A stretch of DNA of 64,000 nucleotides. It comes from Antedon mediterranea (lineage: Eukaryota > Animalia > Echinodermata). This document shows positions 40,446 through 51,944 of this stretch, piece by piece (the stretch's first letter is position 1; every line of letters starts with the position of its first letter). Where the stretch lies: contig NC_092678.1 of NCBI RefSeq assembly GCF_964355755.1, forward strand, positions 14,534,371-14,598,370. The letters are read 5' to 3'. Under the pieces are notes generated by a model that saw nothing but the letters and a program-made list of their open reading frames with translations, had not been told where the DNA came from and made no database searches. The translations under genes were made by a program, and so were the position numbers.

Positions 40446-42340
40446 ACAATGAACGTTTATTAAACTTAAAAGCCACTAATCCCCATAAATGGCACCAAGG
40501 CGTGCAGATGTTAGCTAATAAAACTAAACCCCAACCACTTATTAGTGTTGAGGATATTCCGCAGGATGACTATCATGGTATAAGTAATTTTGTAAACAAC
40601 CATTTTGCTATAACTTCCCAAAGCAGACCTAGTATTGATTTATGTAAGCTCCCTACGTATTTACCTGCTAATAAACCCCCTAATGTAAAAGAATGGGAAA
40701 TGTACAATCAATTAAGAAAAGTTAAAGTAAATAAGTCCCCGGGCCCTGATAATGTGCCTAACAGATTAATAAGAGATTTTGCATGCGAACTAAGCATCCC
40801 TATGACTAATATCTTAAATGCCTCCGTCAGTGAGGGTCATGTCCCAACTATGTGGAAGGATGCTATTGTTACTCCGGTTCCCAAAGAAAATGGTTGTACT
40901 AGGGTTGGCAAATTTCGACCAATCTCACTTACATGTATCCTAGCTAAGGTAGCTGAGGTCTTCAATAAAAAATGGCTCTTAATAGATATCGAGAAAAATC
41001 TTGATAACAACCAATATGGTTGCCGTAAACACTTTTCTACAACCCATAATTTGGTTGATCTACTAAATGTATTCTATGAAGGTAGTAACATTCCCAAATC
41101 TGTTGGTCAGTTAGATTTAACTGACTTTAGTAAAGCATTCGATTGTGTTGAACACACAATAGCAGTTTCTAAATTAGTAACACTTGGTTGTAGACCTGAA
41201 ATTGTACCGTGGTTAATTAGCTTTTTGTCAAACAGAACCCAACAAGTACGCTATAAATCCACCTTATCAATGAGTGTTAATCTAACATGTGGCGTCCCTC
41301 AAGGTACACTCCTTGGGCCTATGATCTTTCTTGCTCTAATTAATGATGCCATGCAAGACTCGCTATGTAAAACTTGGAAATATGTAGATGATTTGTGCAT
41401 AGATCAGATAGTAAAAAAGGATGTAATTTCCTCAATTCAGAATGATGTTGCTTTACTGAATGTATGGTCTAATGAAAACAAACTAAAACTTAACCCAACT
41501 AAATGTAAAACTATGTATTTTAACTTTAAAAGAAATCAATATGAACATGAACCCCTTTTCATTGGTAATGCTACAATTGAAATCGTTAATGAAACTAAGT
41601 TACTAGGTTTATGGATACAAGCTAACCTCAAATGGGACCGTAATGTTAAAGAAATTGTATCCAAAGCCAGCAGACGTCTGCATATATTATGTAGATTAAG
41701 AAAGTTCAATCTTCCGAAATTTGATCTTGTAGATGTATTTAATAGTTACATAAAACCAAGTGTTGAATATGCTGTCCCAGTATGGCATTCTAGTCTCACT
41801 AAGAAACAAAGTGATATAATAGAATCTGTCCAAAAAAGGGCTTGCAGAATAATATTGTGTAATGACTACATATGTTATGACCAAGCACTCAATGATCTTT
41901 CTTTAGACACTTTATCTGATAGAAGGCGTAATCTATGCTATAAGTTTGCTCTGAATTGTTCAAAAAGTATTCATTTTGGAAAATGGTTTCCAGTGAAGAA
42001 TGTAAGTAACATGAAACTAAGACGTGTAAAGTATCAACAACCCAAATGCAGAGTTTAAAGATATAGAAAAAGTGCAATACCATACCTTGTCTCGCTTCTA
42101 AATGAATAATCAGTATATATCACCCAGTACAGCTTTGCGATTCTTATTGATGCTTTTAGGTGTTTTTTTTTCTTTTTTAATATTTTAAGCTAAACTTTTT
42201 GAATGTTCCTGTATTGTATTTCTTGTGTAAATTGCCTCCTTTTTTATATATTATTATCATTGGTTTTATACTTTTATACAAATTTTAATATTGAACAAAT
42301 GTAAATATCTTTGTAATGAAATGAAATAAAAAAAAAAATT
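40446..42340 (+). mobile_element. 5'-truncated LINE (CR1/L2 group) with an open RT frame and poly(A) tail
   Basis: GPDNVP, FRPISLT, QYG, DFSKAFD, GVPQGTLLGP, KYVDD; AATAAA/A-tail to 42338; ACTTTT duplicated at 40440-40445 and 42341-42346. Confidence 0.9.
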
Positions 42341-43845
42341 ACTTTTGTGACGATAGAATTGACTTTGATAGATTTAATTCTTTAATGTTTAACCCTTTTG
42401 GTATTAATTTTAAAGATGTTATTAATGACAACGATGCCCAATTATTTTCCGAAAATATTGACTCCTGTGCCTATGAATATATCGATAGCCTTAACAACAA
42501 ATATTCAACACAAGATTATTCATTTAGTATCTTTCACTTATACACACGCAGTCTTGTTAAACATTTTAACGATATCAATGTATGCGTAGGTTCTATTAAC
42601 CATGAATTCTCAGCACTATGCTTCACCGAAACTTTTTTTAATCATAATACGCCCTTTTCCTTTTATAATATTCCCAATTATAACCTCTTGCATGTTCCAC
42701 GAGCTGATAGACCATGAGGAGGCGTTGCCATTTACCTACATCAGAGATTTAAATATATTCTTCGCCCGGATTTATAATTTATCATTACTAATGGTTCGGA
42801 ATCTCTTTTCATTGAAATCGATTCACAACCCAAAAACATAATCCTTGGAGAAGTATATCGTTTGCCTGAATTATCCATTAACACATTTAATAAAGATATC
42901 TCTAATTTAATTGACACAATTAATAATGAGAAAAAACAGCATATATTTCTGGAGACTTTAATATTAACTTGTTAAATTCGAAAACACACAAAGGAACTTT
43001 AATCGACAATATTTTTTGTAATAATCTATACGATAACATTTCTTCCGGAATTCTTTATTCTGACATCTCGGATCACTTTCCTGTTTTCTTGTTAATACAT
43101 AATTCAAAATATATATACATAAAAAAAGTCAATGATATTTCAATTTCTGCCTTAAGTAATGATTTGTCAAATTTTGACTGGACTATTATTTATAACTCCA
43201 ATGAACCCAATGAGGCATACGCATTATACAAGGACATATTTAGTACATTATATAATAACAACATTAAAACCACTCGTTCCAGACGCAATATTCGGAAAGA
43301 AAAAAAACCTTGGATAACTAAAGACTTAATTAAATCTATCGACAAAAAACACAAATTATATAAAACATTTCTTGTATCTAAAAAGCAAAAGGACAAAGAT
43401 AAATATGTTAAATATCGAAATGTACTTACCAAAATCCTTCGTACTGCCCAAATGAATTACTTCAGTGACAAATTTGAATTCCATAAAAATAACATCCAAA
43501 AAACCTGGCAAACAATAAATGGAGTCCTTGGCAAGAAATCTCGTAAACCGTTTCCTTCTCACTTTATTAACAATGACATTGAATTAAATACAAACTGCAA
43601 ACAAATTGCAACTGAATTCAATAATTATTTTACTAATATAGGGCCAAATTTAGTTAACAAAATACATGTGTCGGATAATGATAATTATACTTCTACCCTA
43701 CCTCGTCCATGTGTCCACTCTCTCTTTCTTAGTCCAGTAACCGAACATGAAGTTGTCAGTATAATAAATCTACTGGGTTTGATGGGATTTCCAATAAAAT
43801 TATTAAACATGTTTCTAATTTTATATCCAAACCCTTAACTCACAT

Positions 43846-44038
43846 TTTTTTTTTTTATCTTATGTGGGTTCATCCCACTTTTATTTCCATACCACTGTTC
43901 TCTTTGCATATATTTTTCACTATACACTATACATATCATTATATTTACAATGTTTGTTTAATCATCTGTTTACATATACTTATTTAAATAGTTTTATTCA
44001 TTTGTTTACATATTATCACATTGATTACATAGCTTACA
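43846..44038 (-). mobile_element. Short poly(A)-tailed retroposed insertion
   Basis: T-run at 43845-43856; TAACTCACATTTTT duplicated at 43836 and 44039. Confidence 0.8.
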
Positions 44039-44754
44039 TAACTCACATTTTTAATATTTCTTTTCAAACCGGTATTTTTCATGATTCTTTTAAAATAGCT
44101 AAAGTCATCCCTATCTACAAGAAAGAAGATCCTCATCATTTCAATAACTACAGACCAATCTCCCTACTTCCTTGTTTCTCAAAATTAATTGAAAATATAA
44201 TGCATAATCGAATTTTTTCCTTTTTAACTAAACATTTTTTTTTCTCTTTTGTGGCGTTAACCACTATTTATTCATTTCATTTCATCAACAGATTAATACA
44301 ATTATTTATAATAATAATAATAACTATTCATTGTTATTCTTACTTTTGTTTGGTTTATATATATATATATATCTAATGTGGTATAATGGTTATCTAGTGG
44401 TCTAATGGTTAGGACATCTGCATATCAAGCAGGCGGTCCTAGTTCGAGTCTCGGTTGGGGCGACTTTTTCTCATTCTCACAGATTTCCTCATCTTTATCG
44501 TTTCAAATTAATTAATTAAATTTCAGTATAACACTGGGCGGTTTAGAATTAATGTTCTTTGCCTCTTGTGTTTATATATATAAAAGTATCTCTTCGGAGA
44601 TTCCGCCTCGTGAATAAAAATACTGAAAGATGAGGGCGTATCAATATGATCTCTGTTGCGCGTGCGTACAACTGAGGACTAGTGCTGTTCCGCCGTACCA
44701 CGCCGAGAATGTTAAAGAGTCGTTATCCAATCGAGTTCGAACAATACCATGAAA

Positions 44755-44826
44755 GCCCCAGTGGTCTAATGGTTAGGACATCTGCATATCAAGCAGGCGG
44801 TCCGAGTTCGAGTCTCGGTTGGGGCG
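44755..44826 (+). tRNA. tRNA-like cloverleaf, anticodon ATC (Asp), repeat-borne; function unproven
   Basis: GCCCCAG/TTGGGGC acceptor, GTCT/GGAC D stem, TCTGC/GCAGG anticodon stem with 7-nt loop ATATCAA, CCGAG-TTCGAGT-CTCGG T arm, T5 downstream. Confidence 0.7.
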
Positions 44827-45118
44827 ACTTTTTCTCATTCTCACAGATTTCCTCATCTTTATCGTTTCAAATTAATTAATTAAATTTCAGTATATCACCG
44901 GGCGGTTTAGAATTAATGTTCTTTGCCTCTTGTGTTTATATATATAAAAGTATCTCTTCGGAGATCCCGCCTCGTGAATAAAAATACTGAAAGATGAGGG
45001 CGTATCAATATGATCTCTGTTGCGCGTGCGTACAACTGAGGACTAGTGCTGTTCCGCCGTACCACGCCGAGAATGTTAAAGAGTCGTTATCCAATCGAGT
45101 TCGAACAATACCATGAAA

Positions 45119-45190
45119 GCCCCAGTGGTCTAATGGTTAGGACATCTGCATATCAAGCAGGCGGTCCGAGTTCGAGTCTCGGTTGGGGCG
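45119..45190 (+). tRNA. tRNA-like cloverleaf, anticodon ATC
   Basis: Identical to 44755-44826. Confidence 0.7.
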
Positions 45191-45482
45191 ACTTTTTCTC
45201 ATTCTCACAGATTTCCTCATCTTTATCGTTTCAAATTAATTAATTAAATTTCAGTATATCACCGGGCGGTTTAGAATTAATGTTCTTTGCCTCTTGTGTT
45301 TATATATATAAAAGTATCTCTTCGGAGATCCCGCCTCGTGAATAAAAATACTGAAAGATGAGGGCGTATCAATATGATCTCTGTTGCGCGTGCGTACAAC
45401 TGAGGACTAGTGCTGTTCCGCCGTTCCACGCCGAGAATGTTAAAGAGTCGTTATCCAATCGAGTTCGAACAATACCATGAAA

Positions 45483-45554
45483 GCCCCAGTGGTCTAATGG
45501 TTAGGACATCTGCATATCAAGCAGGCGGTCCGAGTTCGAGTCTCGGTTGGGGCG
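45483..45554 (+). tRNA. tRNA-like cloverleaf, anticodon ATC
   Basis: Identical to 44755-44826. Confidence 0.7.
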
Positions 45555-48500
45555 ACTTTTTCTCATTCTCACAGATTTCCTCATCTTTATCGTTTCAAAT
45601 TAATTAATTAAATTTCAGTATATCACCGGGCGGTTTAGAATTAATGTTCTTTGCCTCTTGTGTTTATATATATATATATATATATATATTTTTTTATTTT
45701 ATCAACGTTACTGTTCTTGGAATCAGAACATTAATATTTCTTTTCTGTTATCCACCTTTTTTCATAATTTTCTAGTATTTTTTTTGTTCTATAATTCTCA
45801 ACATCTAAAATTGTGAACACTTAACTAATAAATGTACTGTAGGAGATACATTTACTAATGTTGTATAGTTATTTTCGGTAGTATTTTTTGACATATAATT
45901 CATTTATACCCTATATACAGATTATATACATTATTTTAAAATACGAATATAAAAAAACAAAAACAAAAATATTAAAAATGCATTTCTTACTTATGTGTCT
46001 AGTTTTATGTCTCACGGTTATATGTGTTTTCTTATCTTCTCGTGCGTTACTTATGTTGCGTTACGTTTCTTTTTTGTTTTCAATATTAATCTATACAATT
46101 TTTTTTTAAATTGATATTTCATATAATATAAAATGAAACTGCCTATGTGTATTATACAACATTATTATGTAATATATTTTAAATAATCAGATTCACATCA
46201 ATATAAATTATAATAGGTGGTTAAGGTAAGATCTTTTGTTTTTTCCGCCATAAAAAGACGAGACAATGATCCGGTCCATTTGTTTACATTTTTCAAAGTG
46301 TGTGCCTTGTAAACGCAGAAGCATCCAATAGAGAACATGTGGTCTACATATTTGTTTCCTGTACCTAGTACAATGTTTCGATAATTTACCTCGATCCCAA
46401 ATGTGTGCATGGTGTAAACGTTAATATATTCCCATAAGGGTTTTACTTCAGTGCATTCATAAAAGAAATAGGCATCATCCTCTACTACGTTGCATTGTAG
46501 GCAAGTATCTGTGTTGCTTATTTTCCATGTTAACAGCCTTCTTTTGGTAGGTGTTATACAATGCAATAATTTGATGTTCAACGGTTTAAGTTTATTATCT
46601 TTAATATCTTTAATTTTTCTTTTCCATGTTAGAAACCAATCGTTCTCCATGTTAAAATATGTTTCCCATTTTGTTTTACTTTTGGATGGTTCTAGACATT
46701 TTTCCTTAATAAAGAAAGAACATATTTGCTTGCTACTCATATTCAAACATCGAACGTGTGTTGTTTTTGGTATTTATCCCTTAAAAAGATTTTCTCTTTC
46801 CATTATTTTGGAATTGCGTTTAATACAATTTGCCATTCAGCAATCCAGTTTGATTTATATCTAAGCATATCAAGTAATTCATTTGCGTTAATGAACCTAT
46901 TCTCAATTACAATATCATTAATAGTTCGCACACCTGACCTTATTCAGTTTCTAAAAAATAATGACATGTCATTGTGTAAAATTATTTTGTTATACCAGAG
47001 TTGTTGATGCAATATATCATCATAACATAATTGACGTTTAGTCATACCACTATTAAGTTTTACTAAAATACATAGTATAGATTTTTAGAAATCGGGTATG
47101 GCTTTAAAAATAGCATTTTTCTTATCAATATATGATATGTTTTCAATAATATCTTTTGGGCCTATTCTATTAAAATATGTGTTTGGCAGACATTTCCACT
47201 TTGAATCCTCATTGTTATACAATCTTTTAAGCCAAGATATTTTTTTAAGATTTAACCTGTGACCTGAAATCAGGCGCTTTAACACCACCACTTTCATATT
47301 CGTTTATAAGAACTACTCTTTTAACCTTTTCTCTTTTTCCATCCCACAAAAAGTCAAAAACTATGTTATCAACACGTTTTAGAACACTTTCAGGCGTGTC
47401 TATAATACTTGCAACATAAACAAGTTTCGACAGGCCAAGCCTCTTTAAGATAATTGTTTTCCAAAAATGGTCAGATTTCTTTTTCGCCACGATTTAAGCG
47501 TGTTTTGTAACGACTATATTTTTTCGGACCAATTTTTAGCAAAACAAAATTCTTTCTCATGGCCAATATAAATACCTAAAACTTTAAAACCGTCAGAAAT
47601 CCAATTAATGTCCAATAGGTTGTCCTTTTTCTTCCATTTTCCAAGCCACATGGCATTTGTTTTTTCTGTGTTAAGTCTTAACCCAGACACACTACCAAAT
47701 TTGATAACAACAACAATAGACTTTATTATGCTGTTCTCATAAATAAGACCGTGTCGTCTGACAGTTGTGCAATTTTGACCTCGACAACTGGGTCTGGTAA
47801 AAGTATACCTTTAATAAGTGTATCCTGTTTTATCTTTAACGCCATAATTTCAGCGACCAAGATGAACAGAAGTGCGGATAAAGGACAACCTTGTCTTATA
47901 TCTCTAAACATTTTAAAGTTTTTTGAGCACCATCCATTGTTTAAAATAATACATTCTGTTTCAGCATATACAACTCTGACCCATGCAATAAAAGACGGTC
48001 CAAAATTGAAATGGTACAAAGTGTTAACAAGAAAAGTTCTGTCTACTGTGTCACAAGCTTTTCTAAAGTCTAAACTTAATAATGCCCCTGATAACTTGCT
48101 AGTATCCATATATTCAATTACATCTTCGATCAATCTGATGTTTTTACCACCAAAACGGCCTCTAATGTATATCCTTTTTGATCATTACTCACAATTGTTT
48201 TAATAACATTTAGTAGCCTTTTTGTTAAAACAAAGGCGGCAATTTTATAGTCAGTGTTTAAGAGAGTTATGGGTCTCCAATTGTTTAGTCTTCGTGATCA
48301 CCTTTTTTAAATATTAAGTTTATTACTCCCCTTTTTTGCGTATTTGATAGTGCTCCATTCTTTAAACATAGATTAAGAGCATTGCAGACTAATAGGCAAA
48401 TCTTGGGCCATAATGTCTGATATAATTCTACCGTGAGACCATCGGTACCTGGCGCTTTATTTAGTTTCATACTCCGTATCGCTTCTTTGCATTCTACGGA

Positions 48501-50649
48501 GGTTAATTCTCCTTCACATAACCCCTTTTCAAGATGTGTTAACTTTGGAACGTCTATTAAATTTAAATAATTTTGAATATCATTTGCTTGTATGTCCTCT
48601 TTTGCATACAACTTTTCAAGTGTTTGACTTCTTCAATCAGGATATCTTTAATTTTTGTGGCGCATGCTCCGTCAGATTTTTTAATAATCTTTTTATTTGT
48701 TTTCTTTTCCCGTTATTTTTTTCCAGACCAAGGAAGTATTTGGAGTTCTTTTCTCCTTCTTCTACCCATTTTGCTCTTGAACGAATTTGAGCCCCTTTTG
48801 CCTCATAGGCATATATATCCTCTAATTCTTTAGATTTAATTTCAATTTCTGCATTCACATATTCATCTCTATCGTTGTTCATTAGTTTAGCGTTTAGTAG
48901 TTGAATTTCTTTTTGTAAATTTTCTTTATTTCTATTTATATTTTTTGATTTTAGTTTGCCAAAGTTGATTGAAAATTCTTTGATTTTGATTTTAATTAGT
49001 TCCCAGATTTCTATATTATTAAGAAAATAGAACTGCTGTGAACAGCTATCTATTATCTGATTAATTTTGTTGAGAAATTGTTCGTCCTGTAATCGGAATT
49101 TAATTTCCATAATCCTGGACCACGAGAGTCTTGTAATATATTTATCTTAATGGAAACTCCTTGGTGATCAGTAGAAAATATGATAAGGGATAATTCTGAC
49201 CCTATGTTGACTTGCTTCTCATGCGCTTTCTTTTTTTTTTCTGTTTCTGGATAGAACTAGATGAGCCGGCAGCTATGTTCGTATTTTTATTAGTGTTTTC
49301 ATTGTTTTTTAACTAAACATAACATTTTATTTAAAGGCCAATATGGTTTCAGGAAAAAGTATTCAACAGATCTTGCTTTATTAGATATTTTTGACAAAAT
49401 TACAATTGCCCTGAGTAAAAATGAGTTTTCTGTTGGCATTTTCCTTCATTTATCTAAGGCCTTCGATACTATTAACCACGATATTATTTTAATTCATAAA
49501 CTTTCAAATTACGGTATCAGAGACTTCCTTTAAAATTAATTAAAAGCTACCTTTTCAATCGTGTTCAGTTTACTTCCTTAAATAATTTTAACTCTTCCTA
49601 TTCCCGTTTAACTCGTGATTATTGATTTTTGTTAACGATATACCAAACAGCTCTAAATTACTAAATTTTATCTTATTTGCTGACGACACAAATATTTTTT
49701 TCTCTCATCCTAAATTAAATACCTTGTTTAAAATTGTCAATGATGAGTTACTTAAAGTTTCAAATTGGCTCAAACACAATAAATTAACTCTTAATACATT
49801 CAAAACGAACTATATAATATTTTCTAAACGTAACATTTCAAATTCTTTAAATGAATTGATAATAAAATGATCAAACGAGTTAATGAAACACAATTTTTAG
49901 GAGTAACCATAGATGCCTCTCTGACTTGGAAACTCCATATAAATAAAATCAGTAATCTAGTTTCTAGAAATGTTGGAATATTGAACAAATTAAAACATAT
50001 CTTCCCTCAAAAAACCTTATTAACCCTTTATAATACTTTAGTTTTGACTTACCTTTCTTATGCCAATTTATGTTGAGCAACTACTCTAGATAAATTTAAT
50101 ACGTTATGCCGCTGGACAAGTCAAGAGAAAACTCAAATAGACCGCCTTTTTAAACTACAAAAACGTGCACTTCGGATTTGGGCGGGAGAATCATTTGGAG
50201 CCCATACACAATTACTTTTTAAAAGATTTAACGTTTTAAACATTTATGATTTAAATAAATTACAAGTTGCCTCATTTATGTACCGTTTATCTAACAATTT
50301 ACTGCCTTCACATTTAAGTGCTTTATTTACAAGAATTGACGAACGCCATTCCTATAAAACCCGATCCTCTGTTAACAATTAAAATTATATCCTTGATAAT
50401 TTAAATGCTCGACGATTTTCTATTTATTATTTTGGTCCCAAACTTTGGACTTCACTCTCAAATGAACTTAAACAGAAATCTTCCTTTTATAGTTTTCAAT
50501 CTAATTTCAAACACAAAATTGTTTCAGAATATGCAACATAATTTTTCGCCAATCTTTTATCCTTATTTATTTGGTCGTGATACATGGCATTAAATCCTGG
50601 TATTCAATAATATCGTTATTTGTATCGTTATTTTTGTTATTATACCATA

Positions 50650-51608
50650 TTTAATTATATTACATAACCTATGTAAATACGCGAATGTGATTGGATGAAA
50701 CTGCATCACATGACTACCGCTGCGAGGATCGTAAATCGTATATATCCTCGAGAACGATGATATTGACTGAGGAATTTTCGCGTAATTATCGTGTCCCCTG
50801 TCATTAAACATACAAATTCTCGAGTACGATGATATTGACTGTGTAATTTTCGTGTGGCAACACTCGCGTTTGCCGATAAATAAACAAAAGTCATCTACTC
50901 GATCTTGAACTCGGGTGGAATTGTCACTCCATCGCAAGACAACGCTTCAACCGCTACGCCACGTAACTTGCTTGAAGAAATTAATCATCTAAACTATTTA
51001 AACTATGCATACATAGCGCCCTCCTTTGTTATTAGTCCACCCTAAATGTGATGAAACACCGTTTGTGATTGGTCAATACTCACGGTAGTAACCTAGTAAC
51101 TAGTACGCGCTGAACATCCGGTGATTCGGCTCTCCTCGAAGAGAAGAAGACGAATTGTTTATTCGGCCTACCTGATTATAATATTTTTATTAATAGGCTT
51201 ATTGATGGAAATTCTTCTGTTAATTTAAACGACCTAGGCCTAAGTGAATATTTTATTGCCAAGGAATCATTAATTAGTAATTATCTGTATATTATTCTTC
51301 GCAAGGTAAGGTGTCTAGGCCTAGGCAGGCTTGTTTAAATACAATACAAATACTATATCAGGCCTAGCCTAGCTTCACCCAACCCAGCAGCAGACTTGTT
51401 CTTGGCTATATAATATAACAGATATTGCCTTTTATATCGGTTAAAAATAAGATTTGACATCCCCTCGGGAATGATATTAAGTTCCCGGGGAATATATATT
51501 TCCCTCAGCTGGCGCTTCGGGAAATATATATTCCCTCGAACATAATATCATTCCCTCGGGGATGTCAAATCTTATATTTAACCTCTAAACAGTCAATATC
51601 TGTATAAT
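50650..51608. mobile_element. Long-hairpin non-autonomous element (Crypton-like, inferred)
   Basis: ~185-bp palindrome 51418-51603 centred on CTCAGCTGGCGCTTCGG; GATTGG motifs and an internal ~70-bp duplication at the other end; left boundary approximate. Confidence 0.55.
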
Positions 51609-51864
51609 ATTTCATATTGTACTCTAATTGTTATCACTATCCCTTTTATCATTATATTATATAATTGCCTGGTTTATCTTAACTTCCATAATTTAAACTG
51701 TTTTTATTTTTTATTTTATGTACTTTCACTATTATATATTTATATTTTAGTCTACTATGTAGCAATGTTAGTATACCTATAGGCATACGGGGGTTATGAC
51801 TTAAAGTTCAGTGAACTTACTGTGACCTCCATCCACCCACATTTAATATATGTTATGTAAATGT

Positions 51865-51896
<32 letters not shown>

Positions 51897-51944
51897 AGTG
51901 AGTGGAAAAAATAAATAAACGAAATTTTACAAGGTTTTTGATGC

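Larger units (their letters stand above)
44357..45689 (+). repeat. Tandem array of 364-bp tRNA-containing unit (1 partial + 3 full), bounded by (TA)n
   Basis: Near-identical units at 364-bp period; (TA)n at both ends and between units. Confidence 0.95.
44236..49305 (-). mobile_element. 5'-truncated L1/Tx1-clade LINE, frameshifted ORF2 46198-49200
   Basis: RSRAKWVEEGEKNSKYFLGLEK, KAPGTDGL, LDFRKACD, IRQGCPLSALLF, QLSDD, GGVKAPD, CLQC..EC zinc region; 15-bp TSD TTTTTAACTAAACAT at 44221 and 49306. Confidence 0.9.
40355..51918 (+). mobile_element. CR1/L2-group (Crack-like) LINE broken into pieces: 40355-40445, 42341-43849, 44039-44235, 49306-50650, ~51610-51918
   Basis: RSLVKHF, FTETF, LIDNIF, ISDHFPVF, KPWIT, NYRPISLLP, QYGFR, LFADDT; frames rejoin across TSD-bounded insertions. 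Confidence 0.85.

Noticed and set aside
40355-42058. Domesticated host RT gene, or retron/DGR-type RT
   Set aside because: Poly(A) tail, TSD and non-LTR motifs show an ordinary truncated LINE insertion
44670-44760. Hammerhead ribozyme in the tRNA unit (CTGAGGA ... GAAA)
   Set aside because: Core boxes are ~70 nt apart without a convincing stem II, and no stem III/UH cleavage site follows; HDV-like fold also failed by eye. An Infernal search would settle it
44682-45607. Repeated 65-aa ORF MLFRRTTPR... (also 59220-60869)
   Set aside because: GTG/TTG starts, runs through the tRNA cloverleaf, and indels shift the frame between subfamilies A and B
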